Counted from the stretch's first letter, positions 38,826 through 47,780 are shown. The stretch: 64,000 nucleotides of DNA from a virus (IMGVR_UViG_3300011254_000489:23024-87023); one strand, 5' to 3'. Program-made: numbers and translations. The notes: generated by a model not told the origin, from the sequence alone.

Positions 38826-39062
38826 ATTTGTTATGTTCCAAAGGTTAGTTTGGTAGTTTGCCCCAACGCCCCCCATAACAGAGGCTTTTTCTCTTGAAAA
38901 GAATTGAGGTCGGGATGAGAGAATATTTCTCACCTTCTGTCTAGTTGGGGCTATTTTATACCAATTACTATTGATATAGCCCATGATTTCATTCAATGTC
39001 AAATCATCTCCTAGTTCTTTAAAAGCATTTTCAATCATTGTTATGTGGCTTGTTTTTCCCAT
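38811..39062 (-). CDS. Small winged-helix DNA-binding protein
   Basis: LT..EI..YIN.....PT...V.NILS..P.F pattern; 3' end overlaps tRNA-Arg. Confidence 0.55.
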   Translation of the reverse strand: MGKTSHITMIENAFKELGDDLTLNEIMGYINSNWYKIAPTRQKVRNILSSRPQFFSREKASVMGGVGANYQTNLWNITNGHMV

Positions 39063-39087
39063 ACATTACACGAACCTTTACTACTAT

Positions 39088-39390
39088 TTAATGTAACCAA
39101 TTAAGGAGCCAAGCATCGTTTTTAGATTCAACTAATGTTCCTATTTGGAATTTGGAATATTCATCTTTATGTTTAGCCACAATAACAGAAGCCAAACTAA
39201 GAGCCAACTTTTCTTTACTTGTCTTTTCTAGGAAAACAGAAGCAATTCTCTTTGCTAGTTTTTCTTCCTCTCTACGGTGTTGTAGGACACAATAACATTC
39301 TTCTTTGTAGGTTACATCGTGAGTATTATCAATGACGAACATAATACCGCTACCATCACAATGACTACATTTACAACATTCCTGTGACAT
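39088..39390 (-). CDS. Zinc-binding hypothetical protein
   Basis: CSHCDGSG...CYC. Confidence 0.55.
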   Translation of the reverse strand: MSQECCKCSHCDGSGIMFVIDNTHDVTYKEECYCVLQHRREEEKLAKRIASVFLEKTSKEKLALSLASVIVAKHKDEYSKFQIGTLVESKNDAWLLNWLH

Positions 39391-39499
39391 TAGTACCCCT
39401 CCAAGAAAAGGAAACTAGTAGTTATCCCTAAATCATCTATCGCAACATTGTAGTCGCTAATTATTGTCCATTCAATTATTTCTTCTATTGTCATTGTAT

Positions 39500-40081
39500 T
39501 CACCTGTATTTGTTTAGTATTTTAGTAACTCTCCAAGAGGTAGGAAACCAACTTGGATTGTTTCGCTTTGTCCAAAAAGCAAACTCCCACTTACCTTCAA
39601 GGTAGTAGTGTTGATAGGATTTAATCACAAAATCCCATGTGTGCTTTTCTTCCGGTAGTCTGTATTCATCAGCCATAGCAATAGATACAGGACTCAATTC
39701 ATCTTCATCATAAGAGAAGGTAAAACTGTCTCGTATTCTAGATTCAGTTCCGTGTGTCTTACCATAGCGGTAAGAGTATTCTTTGCATAGGGCTACTGCA
39801 TGATTGTATAACCACATGAAGTTGGCCTTGTTTTTCCTAGCCCAAATAGTACTAGGGTGATTTAGCATAGCGGGTTTCATCATGTAAGAGAAGTGAGATT
39901 CTTTGTGGAATCCCTTCAATTCTTTTAGAGAAGGTTCTCTACCATGTGCTTCCCAAAATAAAAAGTAGAGGGAATTAGTGTGTAGCATTTGACAACTTTC
40001 AGTAGGCATTTTTACTACATGTTTGTCCAACATTTGTTGGGCCGATTCTACGGGGCATTTTGATAGTGCAAATATGTTCAT
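39500..40081 (-). CDS. Pyrimidine-dimer DNA glycosylase-like (DenV/Pyr_excise family)
   Basis: MNIF.L...P...A....DKHVVKM..E..QML, HP...WAR, L..EY..RYGK.H. Confidence 0.8.
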   Translation of the reverse strand: MNIFALSKCPVESAQQMLDKHVVKMPTESCQMLHTNSLYFLFWEAHGREPSLKELKGFHKESHFSYMMKPAMLNHPSTIWARKNKANFMWLYNHAVALCKEYSYRYGKTHGTESRIRDSFTFSYDEDELSPVSIAMADEYRLPEEKHTWDFVIKSYQHYYLEGKWEFAFWTKRNNPSWFPTSWRVTKILNKYR

Positions 40082-40386
40082 TCTTCATCACCTACCATTT
40101 CTACCAATGCTTCAATACCAAATCGCTCAACCATTAGGTCAAGGTGGTGGTTCGTTTCTTCAAACAATGCTCGTAGTCGCTTGACTTCTGCAAGGAGGAG
40201 TGGTGCGTCGGCCATGATTCGTAGGTTAGCCTTTTCCTCTTTGGTTATTAGTTGGTCTTTGTTGTAATTCCAACAAGGGTATTCCGCTATGATTTCATTA
40301 CCGCCTTTAGCAGTAGCATGAATAGTAGCACTGTCGTATTCCCACGGCCCTTCTGTGTGTCCTTCGTATTTATCTGTGTCAATCAT
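40078..40386 (-). CDS. HT.GPW...ADAP.LL family phage protein, paralogue 2
   Basis: MIDTDKYEGHTEGPW...ADAPLLLAEVKRL. Confidence 0.65.
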   Translation of the reverse strand: MIDTDKYEGHTEGPWEYDSATIHATAKGGNEIIAEYPCWNYNKDQLITKEEKANLRIMADAPLLLAEVKRLRALFEETNHHLDLMVERFGIEALVEMVGDEE

Positions 40387-40628
40387 TCAATCCTCTCCCA
40401 CAATTCATCTATGAGTGCTTTCCAAGCGGGGTCTGCGTCAGCCATTTTATACAATCTGTCAAACGCCCGCTTGTATTTCTGCAACCGCTTGACTTCTGCA
40501 AGGAGAAGTGGTGCGTCTTGCATCAAGGTCTTATCAATCCCTTTCAATTCCTCAATGGTAAAGTAACCACTAAGAATACCATCCCACGGCGCAGGTGTGT
40601 GTCCTTCGTATTTGTCTATGTCAATCAT
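40383..40628 (-). CDS. HT.GPW...DAP.LL family phage protein, paralogue 1
   Basis: MIDIDKYEGHTPAPW...QDAPLLLAEVKRL. Confidence 0.65.
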   Translation of the reverse strand: MIDIDKYEGHTPAPWDGILSGYFTIEELKGIDKTLMQDAPLLLAEVKRLQKYKRAFDRLYKMADADPAWKALIDELWERIE

Positions 40629-40741
40629 TGTTCATCACCCCGACTACCTGCCCAACCGCAAGAATAACAAGAATAGTAATTCTTATCTTCGTGTTGTTCA
40701 GCCATCCCTTGACAACCTTTTCCATTACATTTTATTTTCAT
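40625..40741 (-). CDS. Small zinc-ribbon protein (38 aa)
   Basis: MKIKCNGKGC...CYSCGW; ATGA overlaps. Confidence 0.5.
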   Translation of the reverse strand: MKIKCNGKGCQGMAEQHEDKNYYSCYSCGWAGSRGDEQ

Positions 40742-40914
40742 ATTTTCATTCTCCTTATTGATATTTGGTATGCTTTGTATGGGCGCATACCTAGACCCGT
40801 TAGTTCTTTGTAGATTTCACTACGCTTCTCTTCTTCTTCCGCTTTACGATTCAAAAACACTGACTTGAATAAGTGCATAGATTCTTTACGGATTATGTCT
40901 TTCATATATTTCAT
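40738..40914 (-). CDS. Hypothetical protein (58 aa)
   Basis: GGTGA RBS, MKYMKDIIRK...; ATGA overlap. Confidence 0.5.
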   Translation of the reverse strand: MKYMKDIIRKESMHLFKSVFLNRKAEEEEKRSEIYKELTGLGMRPYKAYQISIRRMKI

Positions 40915-41099
40915 ATTATCACCTTAAATTTAAATTCTCTAAGTAGATTAACCTAGAGGGGATGGGGGAAGAGAAGGAGGGGAACGAACCCCCCTAGTCA
41001 ATGGATAGAAACATCAAACATGGAAGTGTAGATAAATTTCTCTCTTATTACTGACAAACCCCAAACTCTTTCTGTTGGACATAAGCCCAACTAGGAGTA

Positions 41100-42533
41100 T
41101 TACTGTGGACTAGGCCCACAATAAAATAAGTTTCGCTTTGCTCTTGTTATTGCAACATAGCAAATGTTTCGTTCTTCTTGTGGATTAGTTGCTCTCGGAT
41201 GAGGCATCCTTTCCGTAGCCAAAAGATATACATTATCGGCTTCAAGACCCTTTGCTTTGTGTACTGTGGACAACATAATGTCACCCTTACCATCGGAAGA
41301 AAAGACTCGGTTAATCTCATCAATAATTCCTTGAACAGTGTTTGCCTTACCAACAAATATACTCAAGCAATTGTATTTATCTTCTAGTGCAAGTGCTTGA
41401 TTCTTTTTCTCTTTCAAGAGAAGTCTTTCTGTCTCTTTACTAAAGTGCTGATTCAACAACAGGTTGAACTCACTTGAAGACATTCCCATATTCTTACGGG
41501 AAACTTTCTTCACATAGTTTGTTAGTCCCTTTGTCATGTCACGCCCTAGAATATAAGCCGACTTTCCATCAGCCAATAAACTATAGAACGCAGTAGCGAG
41601 AGGTGCATTATAACGACACAAAACAATGTCGCCCTTGATTGGATTAAGGCTAGCAAATTCTTCTACACTACCTTCTTCCGCTTCATCTCTACAAGTGAAA
41701 TCTTTTACGAATCTGTTTGCTTCCTTTACAACAGACTTAGGGCAACGCCATGTTACGCTAAGTGGGAACTTACTAACTTCCCTATTGCTCGTCTTTAACA
41801 AATCTTCAAAGATTTGCATACTAGAAGAATCTGCTCCACGGAAACCGTAAATTGCTTGGTTAGGGTCGCCTACTACAATACATCGGCCATCCGGTTCAAC
41901 ACTACGATAGATTAGTTGTCGTTGTGCTTCATTGAAATCTTGTGCCTCATCAACAAACAATACATCATACTTTTCCAAAGGAAGATTGTTCACTAGAGGA
42001 ATCCAAATCATATCATCAAAATCAATAGTTGATGAATTCATACTCAACTTCATAATTTGAGGTAGAGCATCAAAAGCCAACACTTCATCATGGTCTGTAT
42101 CAAAGTTAATATTGTAAGAATCAACCAACTTAGCGATTGACTTCCTATCACTACCTTCAATCATAGCACCCTTCATTAGAGATACTAGTTTAGCCAAAGG
42201 CACTGCGAAATAATCCGCACCTAGAACCTTTTTGATAATGTTATATGTCTTGGACTTGTCCATCTTAGTTCGCCCATTTTGCTTAATTGCTCGGAATCCC
42301 ATTGAATGAAATGTCGCCGCATAAACATCTTCGGGAAGACGCTTACCAAGTGTTGTTGCAATACTCTTATTGAATGCTAAGAAAGCCATCTTACCGGACA
42401 TTCTTTTTGCACCTTCTACAATAGTGAAGGTCTTACCAACACCTGCTCCTGCATCAACTACAACATGGTTTTCACCATGCTCCATTTCAGCCCAAATGTC
42501 TTCTTGTTGTTGTGTGCCTACAATTACCATCAT
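41100..42533 (-). CDS. uvrD: UvrD/Rep-family superfamily 1 helicase
   Basis: AGAGVGKT, AFN, TFHS, VDEAQD, VGDPNQAIYGFRGA, STVHKAKGLE, YVAITRAK. Confidence 0.92.
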   Translation of the reverse strand: MMVIVGTQQQEDIWAEMEHGENHVVVDAGAGVGKTFTIVEGAKRMSGKMAFLAFNKSIATTLGKRLPEDVYAATFHSMGFRAIKQNGRTKMDKSKTYNIIKKVLGADYFAVPLAKLVSLMKGAMIEGSDRKSIAKLVDSYNINFDTDHDEVLAFDALPQIMKLSMNSSTIDFDDMIWIPLVNNLPLEKYDVLFVDEAQDFNEAQRQLIYRSVEPDGRCIVVGDPNQAIYGFRGADSSSMQIFEDLLKTSNREVSKFPLSVTWRCPKSVVKEANRFVKDFTCRDEAEEGSVEEFASLNPIKGDIVLCRYNAPLATAFYSLLADGKSAYILGRDMTKGLTNYVKKVSRKNMGMSSSEFNLLLNQHFSKETERLLLKEKKNQALALEDKYNCLSIFVGKANTVQGIIDEINRVFSSDGKGDIMLSTVHKAKGLEADNVYLLATERMPHPRATNPQEERNICYVAITRAKRNLFYCGPSPQ

Positions 42534-42790
42534 TCAACACCCAACCCAATATCATACATTTCTTTGTGTTCTAGAACATCAACCCATCCGTTATTTACCG
42601 GAGAATATAATTGCTTTCTAACTGAACCATCTTTCATAATATAGAGGCAAACAAAACCCGACTCATCTTGATAATTACACATCAAGGAATTGTCCGGCCC
42701 TGCATACCACCTATCTTCAAATGTCCATCCTACTCCACCTACGGCGAAGTGTCGTTCTTGCTTCTCGTTTATTTCTATTATTATTTGCAT
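42530..42790 (-). CDS. Hypothetical protein, first gene of the minus-strand block
   Basis: Start refined to MQIII after GGAGGT RBS. Confidence 0.5.
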   Translation of the reverse strand: MQIIIEINEKQERHFAVGGVGWTFEDRWYAGPDNSLMCNYQDESGFVCLYIMKDGSVRKQLYSPVNNGWVDVLEHKEMYDIGLGVE

Positions 42791-42959
42791 GTTTCTACCT
42801 CCTATCAAGGGTGAGAGTAGGGCCACACTAAATAAATTAGTGATTATCTTAAAAGGCTCCATAGCCCTACTCTCTGTCTCTAAGGGATAAACCCCGATTG
42901 AGACACCTAGACCTCCCGATTTGCTTTATAAGGGTTTAGGGGCCATTTCGGGTTAAAGA

Positions 42960-43490
42960 TATTGGAGAAAAAGTATAGCATTATCAAAATACCATTGAAC
43001 TAAATAGTACTAGCATCTTTACTACTTAGGTAAGACAAAACACCAATAGTATTTTTTTATGTAAAATATTGTTATCTTAATTATTATCATATTATTCTCT
43101 ATTCGTAAACGAAGCACTGCTCCATAATTCTCATTATTCTCATTTTTCTCTAGGGGTGTCAATTTCTCACACCCCCATATGAGAATAATGATAAAGATGA
43201 GAATTGAAAAATGCTCTTTAGATATATGATAATAATGATAATATGATAATAATATATTAAAATATACTTATTTTCTTCAAAAAGACACTTTTTGCCCATT
43301 TATTATTCTCACTTCGGATGAGAATAACATGAGAAACTCAAAATTCCACACATATATGTTATATACATAAGCACAATTGAAAACCTGTAAAACAATATCA
43401 AGCAATAACAAACACAATAAAAAGGAGAGTTATCAAGGAAGGATAGTTATGTGATTTAGGTATTATGCGTAAGACGCTTTGTAGATGAGC
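42960..43490. other. AT-rich non-coding region with iterated GAGAAT/GATAAT motifs between divergent blocks; candidate replication origin or genome-end region
   Basis: No ORF; direct and inverted ATGAGAA(T) copies at about 43129-43145, 43179-43204 and 43303-43336; TATGATAATAATGATAATATGATAATAATAT run. Confidence 0.45.
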
Positions 43491-43523
43491 ATTAAATACC
43501 CTACCGTGATTCTTGGTTGTCTT

Positions 43524-43539
43524 AACCCACCACACACGG
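43524..43539. repeat. Left arm of 16-bp inverted repeat flanking the 43562-44092 gene
   Basis: AACCCACCACACACGG is the exact reverse complement of 44125-44140. Confidence 0.85.
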
Positions 43540-43561
43540 AAAGATAAGGAAAGGTGAAAAT

Positions 43562-44092
43562 ATGCCCACAAAGAAAGAAACGAAAACAGAAACCGAAACT
43601 AGCGAAGCGGCTCAAGCCGTGGATTATTCAAAATATACCGCCCGATTGGGTGACATTCAAGGAGTCCTTGAACAGGCTCCAAACGCCAAACTTCAAATGG
43701 CGGTGGATGACATCAATAAGGTTATTGAACAACAACTTGATGAAAAGTTGTGCATTCAACTAATTGGTGCATTGAAGACCTACATTCAACTTGAAGGTGA
43801 AGCCGGAGCAATTTACGCTGACGCTATGCCTCAACGACTACGCTCAAGCGACCCACTCGCTCAAGCACATTATACACGAATTGACAACGAATTGAATACA
43901 TTGATGGACGATAACTCACCACTTCTTGAAGTGATGTTTAGTCTTAAAATCGGTATGCGAGTTAAGGAAGGAGAAGTACCCACCCTTGACGACTACCGTT
44001 CAACACTACGAAAGAAGAACCGAGCCGTGAACAAATACAACAAAACCGCTTCAACTACTGCTCAACCAACGGAGGAATCAAGCGAGGCTTGA
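43562..44092 (+). CDS. Hypothetical early protein (176 aa)
   Basis: GGTGA RBS; own promoter-like motif and downstream hairpin. Confidence 0.7.
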   Translation: MPTKKETKTETETSEAAQAVDYSKYTARLGDIQGVLEQAPNAKLQMAVDDINKVIEQQLDEKLCIQLIGALKTYIQLEGEAGAIYADAMPQRLRSSDPLAQAHYTRIDNELNTLMDDNSPLLEVMFSLKIGMRVKEGEVPTLDDYRSTLRKKNRAVNKYNKTASTTAQPTEESSEA

Positions 44093-44124
44093 AGCCCGCT
44101 TACCCCATGAACTAAACCCCTAAG

Positions 44125-44140
44125 CCGTGTGTGGTGGGTT
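44125..44140. repeat. Right arm of 16-bp inverted repeat flanking the 43562-44092 gene
   Basis: CCGTGTGTGGTGGGTT. Confidence 0.85.
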
Positions 44141-44144
44141 TAAG

Positions 44145-44182
44145 GCTCCATTATGGCCCCCCTACGGGGGGGTTAAGTGGGG
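44145..44182 (+). terminator. GC-rich hairpin after the 43562 gene
   Basis: CCATTATGGCCCCCC-TAC-GGGGGGGTTAAGTGG. Confidence 0.5.
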
Positions 44183-44201
44183 TTGTGTCTAGTCATTACC
44201 C

Positions 44202-44243
44202 CAAAGATTATCATTAAGACACAACCATATGGTATGTACTTTG
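44202..44243. repeat. ACCATATGGT palindromic element, copy 1
   Basis: CAAAG...ACCATATGGT(44224-44233)...CTTTG. Confidence 0.75.
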
Positions 44244-44280
44244 AACATACCCTACTTGAACATAACGGGGAAGGTGGGGT

Positions 44281-44589
44281 ATGATGATAGATTTCAGCCT
44301 TGAAGAATTAAATGCAGACGAAGTGAAAGTAAACTACCAAACTAATTTAAGTGGTAGAGCAATGAACATAAGGACGACTTATTTTTTTACTTCCGTGGAA
44401 GATTATTGGTCAGCATACGACCTATTAGTAAAGCACAAACTAACCGATGGCTTCCAATTCCACTTTGACCAACGAAACGATAAGAATGTAATAGTTAGCA
44501 TGACAGAAGTTTCATTAGAATGGTATAGAAAAGAACAAAAACGAAAACAAGAACAGGGGGATTCACTGAGTAGTGAAATCAATGAGTAA
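44281..44589 (+). CDS. Hypothetical protein
   Basis: GGTGG RBS; follows palindrome plus ACCCTA motif. Confidence 0.6.
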   Translation: MMIDFSLEELNADEVKVNYQTNLSGRAMNIRTTYFFTSVEDYWSAYDLLVKHKLTDGFQFHFDQRNDKNVIVSMTEVSLEWYRKEQKRKQEQGDSLSSEINE

Positions 44590-44697
44590 AGCGAACCCAT
44601 ATCTAGACATATGGGATTTCTTTACTGTTGAGTCGTCCACTACCCCCCCTACTACGAAGACGACAACAATTAAAGCAATCAAACAAGAGGAATAAAA

Positions 44698-44871
44698 ATG
44701 AAAAAAGAAACAGAAGCAAAACTATACGAACTATTAGACTATCTAACTAGAACACTAAAATACTACAGTATGAATGATGACCATTGGAAAATATCACTTA
44801 GCCTAACAAGGCACACTGCAAGAGAACTAATCCCATTAGCGGAAAAAGAGTTGGAGAGTGAAGAAGAATGA
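44698..44871 (+). CDS. Hypothetical protein (57 aa)
   Basis: GAGGA RBS, MKKETEAKLYELL...; ATGA overlap. Confidence 0.55.
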   Translation: MKKETEAKLYELLDYLTRTLKYYSMNDDHWKISLSLTRHTARELIPLAEKELESEEE

Positions 44872-45260
44872 CTAGATTTCTAACACACAAAGAATTTATG
44901 GAAATGACTGACCATTGGAGTTACATAGAACAAATAGCGTTTTTATTAGAGGATAGCGAGGTTCTAGATGCTATTTTAAAACACATAGAATGTTCATGGA
45001 ATGGTCGTTACGCATTCGTTAATCGTGAAACTAATGAAGTAGAAAAGGAAGACATTTACCATGTTACAGAGGAAGAAGTTAAGATTCAAGAAGATAAGAA
45101 CAAACTCACGGAGGCAATGCTCTTGCGTAAGCAGTTAGATAGTCTAAGAGAGTTTTGTCATAAAGAAGATTATGACATTTACGATTGGGAAGTAAAGAAG
45201 ATAGAGGTGATTAGAATAGAGACAGAGGAATGTGTCTTTGAAGAGTATTGGGAGGCTTAA
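44868..45260 (+). CDS. Hypothetical acidic protein
   Basis: ORF coupled to upstream gene. Confidence 0.6.
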   Translation: MTRFLTHKEFMEMTDHWSYIEQIAFLLEDSEVLDAILKHIECSWNGRYAFVNRETNEVEKEDIYHVTEEEVKIQEDKNKLTEAMLLRKQLDSLREFCHKEDYDIYDWEVKKIEVIRIETEECVFEEYWEA

Positions 45261-45399
45261 TCTTGGCTGAAATACAGACTCCACAGGGAACTGCGACCCT
45301 GTTATATGTTGCAGAGAGTGACGGCATTATTGAGATAGTCTTTTTAATAGATTAATTAATATCCCCTTTAGTCGGCTTTAGCCGATTATCGGGGTATCC

Positions 45400-45433
45400 C
45401 AAAGTAATACCATATGGTTGTACTGATACTTTG
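45400..45433. repeat. ACCATATGGT palindromic element, copy 2, between convergent hairpins
   Basis: CAAAG-TAAT-ACCATATGGT(45409-45418)...CTTTG. Confidence 0.8.
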
Positions 45434-45506
45434 ACAGAGGTAAAAAACCCTAAGAGGGGTCGTAAGACCCCCCTTAAGACGATTATTTTTTGTGCTTATT
45501 CGCCCC

Positions 45507-45728
45507 TTACATTTTCCCCTCTCTAATCTCTTCTAAACGATTCTGTTCATTAGTAAAGAGTATTGCTTCTTCTACATTGTCAAAATATCTACAAGCCGTA
45601 GGGTAATTCAAGGCCATAACTACCCAATTGATGCTAACTATCATGCTATGATAGTACCATTTTCTTATGCCCGTTATTTCATCTTCTATATTGGATGCTG
45701 ACCAAAGCGTTATTGTTTCTCTTTGCAT
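45507..45728 (-). CDS. Hypothetical protein
   Basis: AAGGAG RBS. Confidence 0.55.
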   Translation of the reverse strand: MQRETITLWSASNIEDEITGIRKWYYHSMIVSINWVVMALNYPTACRYFDNVEEAILFTNEQNRLEEIREGKM

Positions 45729-45995
45729 TTTAATTTCTCCTTATGATATGTTGAATGGGATACCCTCACTGACCGCAACTCTTTATTTAATTCCACCTTG
45801 TCTGTGCTAATTCGTTTACTACTAAGTGTTCTTGGGCTAACATTGTCTAGAATATTGCTTTCTCTCTTAGGTTCACTACTGTTTCCACTACTCGGCGCGA
45901 TTCTCCGTCGTTATTGGGTTCTTTTCCGAAGGTGATTAACTAGTATTCGCCTTCGTACACCCAAGCCAACTACATTTCTTTAGATAAGGTAGCCA

Positions 45996-46024
45996 CAAAG
46001 TTACTACCATATGGTTTGGCTTTG
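45996..46024. repeat. ACCATATGGT palindromic element, copy 3
   Basis: CAAAG-TTACT-ACCATATGGT-TTGG-CTTTG. Confidence 0.8.
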
Positions 46025-46061
46025 ATGAACCCCGAAGGGGGCTTTCGCCTAGTATTTTCCC

Positions 46062-46349
46062 TTATTCTACCTTGATAAGTGAACCGTCCCACAATTCACC
46101 GTTTAAGAACCATTGAAAATTCTTCTGCACGATATGAACATTAGGAAGGCCGTTCAAGCGTTCCTTTGTGGTTGTGGTTGCCCATCCTGCCGAAGTAATA
46201 AACAAACCATCAGCGTCAAGGGTTGCGATTACATGCCCATGAAGCAAAAGATAACTGCTTTTGCCTGTGACTACGACTTCACTATTTCCTCGCTTGAATT
46301 TTTCTCTATTCCTAAAAGCCCTTATTGCGTCCTCTGTTATCTTTCGCAT
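46062..46349 (-). CDS. Conserved-looking phage hypothetical protein
   Basis: LHG..IA...GW.T.TTKERLN.L...QK...W motif common in phage early proteins. Confidence 0.65.
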   Translation of the reverse strand: MRKITEDAIRAFRNREKFKRGNSEVVVTGKSSYLLLHGHVIATLDADGLFITSAGWATTTTKERLNGLPNVHIVQKNFQWFLNGELWDGSLIKVE

Positions 46350-46350
46350 T

Positions 46351-46482
46351 TCAAACACTCTCTCTGTTGCTTTTACAAATAGCACAATTCTTCAAATTAA
46401 ACATATGGCTAAATTGCGTACAGTTGGTCGTAACTATACCGTAATACTTAGCCATTATTTTTATTTCTTCAACATTCTTCAT
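46351..46482 (-). CDS. Small hypothetical protein (43 aa)
   Basis: GGAGAG RBS, C...H...C..C. Confidence 0.4.
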   Translation of the reverse strand: MKNVEEIKIMAKYYGIVTTNCTQFSHMFNLKNCAICKSNRESV

Positions 46483-46535
46483 TTTTATCTCTCCGATTAA
46501 CCTAGTAAATTAATACTGTTTAGATAGGGTATGAC

Positions 46536-46564
46536 CAAAGTGCCTACCATATGGTTGCACTTTG
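46536..46564. repeat. ACCATATGGT palindromic element, copy 4
   Basis: CAAAGTGC-CT-ACCATATGGT-T-GCACTTTG, near-perfect 29-bp palindrome. Confidence 0.85.
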
Positions 46565-46573
46565 ATGCACACC

Positions 46574-46600
46574 TTATGACTCCCATAAAGGGAGCCATAA
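46574..46600 (-). terminator. Hairpin after the 46656-47171 gene
   Basis: TTATGACTCCC-ATAAA-GGGAGCCATAA. Confidence 0.5.
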
Positions 46601-46655
46601 TGGAGCCTATTGGGGAAGTTAGACTGACTAATAATTTCTAAGAGGCCTTAGCCCC

Positions 46656-47171
46656 TCAGTTGTCCTCCTGTGCGGTTTCGTTTAATTCGTTAATGTGTGA
46701 CTCGTAGTTGGTCGTTAGACTTTCCAACTGTCCGTCCCAAACCTTGTTCTTGAAGTCATCTTCAAGTCGGCGTGTGGTAGAGTTGTAAAGGAAATCAACA
46801 AGGGTTTCCTCTGTGTAGTAAACGATGTTCTCTTTGTTCTTCTTTCGGAAAAGATACACTAGAGCGTCGGGGTAGTAGTTTAGACCTGCGCCAACAAAGG
46901 AAGTAATGCTATCCTTAATTGCAGTAAAGGCAGGACTTAGTGCGTTGTTTGCATCTCGTTGTCCCGACTTAGGCAAGTAATCCCCGTACCCATGAAGGGT
47001 TGCAGTAGTACGACAAGCCGCATACAATGATGCTCGTAGTTTGTCGTCAATTGTGGTTAAAAGACAGTCTTCAACGGCCATTACGACTCGTTGATTTGCG
47101 TCCTTACCTTCCTTCTTCAATTGAGCCGATAGTGGCTCTAGTCTGTTCGTTATTCTTTCTAAATTTGACAT
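46656..47171 (-). CDS. Hypothetical early protein (171 aa)
   Basis: GGTGA RBS; flanked by inverted repeat GGGGAAGTTAG (46612-46622) / CTAACTTCCCC (47194-47204). Confidence 0.7.
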   Translation of the reverse strand: MSNLERITNRLEPLSAQLKKEGKDANQRVVMAVEDCLLTTIDDKLRASLYAACRTTATLHGYGDYLPKSGQRDANNALSPAFTAIKDSITSFVGAGLNYYPDALVYLFRKKNKENIVYYTEETLVDFLYNSTTRRLEDDFKNKVWDGQLESLTTNYESHINELNETAQEDN

Positions 47172-47248
47172 GATATTTCACCTTCCGTCTGTGCTAACTT
47201 CCCCGTTAGACACCCAACTAATCGCATACTATTCATAGGGTTGTAGCC

Positions 47249-47273
47249 CAAAGTACTACAACCATATGCTTTG
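47249..47273. repeat. ACCATATGGT palindromic element, copy 5 (degenerate)
   Basis: CAAAG-TACTACA-ACCATATGCTTTG. Confidence 0.6.
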
Positions 47274-47464
47274 CATCCAATTTTTATTTTTATTTATTAC
47301 TGTTTTACGGTATTAAAAGTACTATTTCCGGTAATAAACGGACTATTTGCATACTATTAATACTATTTTAGTAATACTATTACCACTATTCGGGGTAGTT
47401 TCGCCACAGTACAATTTGGGTTAAGGTTATATCTTGATGGCCTCTGCGTCTATTTAGTGACGGC

Positions 47465-47671
47465 ATGAGTAACACGGCGGAAATGCTACAGTTATTCTTA
47501 GAGATTAAAACAGAATTACAAGAAGTTATTAGTAGACTTAACAATAAGAAAGATACAATAGATAGCGAAATACTAGTTAGAATAGTTAAAGATATTAATA
47601 AGTTAAAGATACTAATAACACAAATACAAGAAGAACGCAATCCAAAACAAAAACAATTAGGAGATTATTAG
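47465..47671 (+). CDS. Hypothetical coiled-coil protein
   Basis: 68-aa ORF. Confidence 0.5.
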   Translation: MSNTAEMLQLFLEIKTELQEVISRLNNKKDTIDSEILVRIVKDINKLKILITQIQEERNPKQKQLGDY

Positions 47672-47780
47672 AATAAATAGTATTAATTTTATCCTGTAAA
47701 TACATTAAATAGTAATAAAAAAGGCGGTATAGTGATAAAAAAATTCCGAGTGATTTTTGAAATATTTTTAGGTGATTAAG

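Noticed and set aside
44202-47273. CRISPR array from the repeated ACCATATGGT palindromes
   Set aside because: Spacing is 540-1185 bp and contains genes; repeats are degenerate; no cas operon
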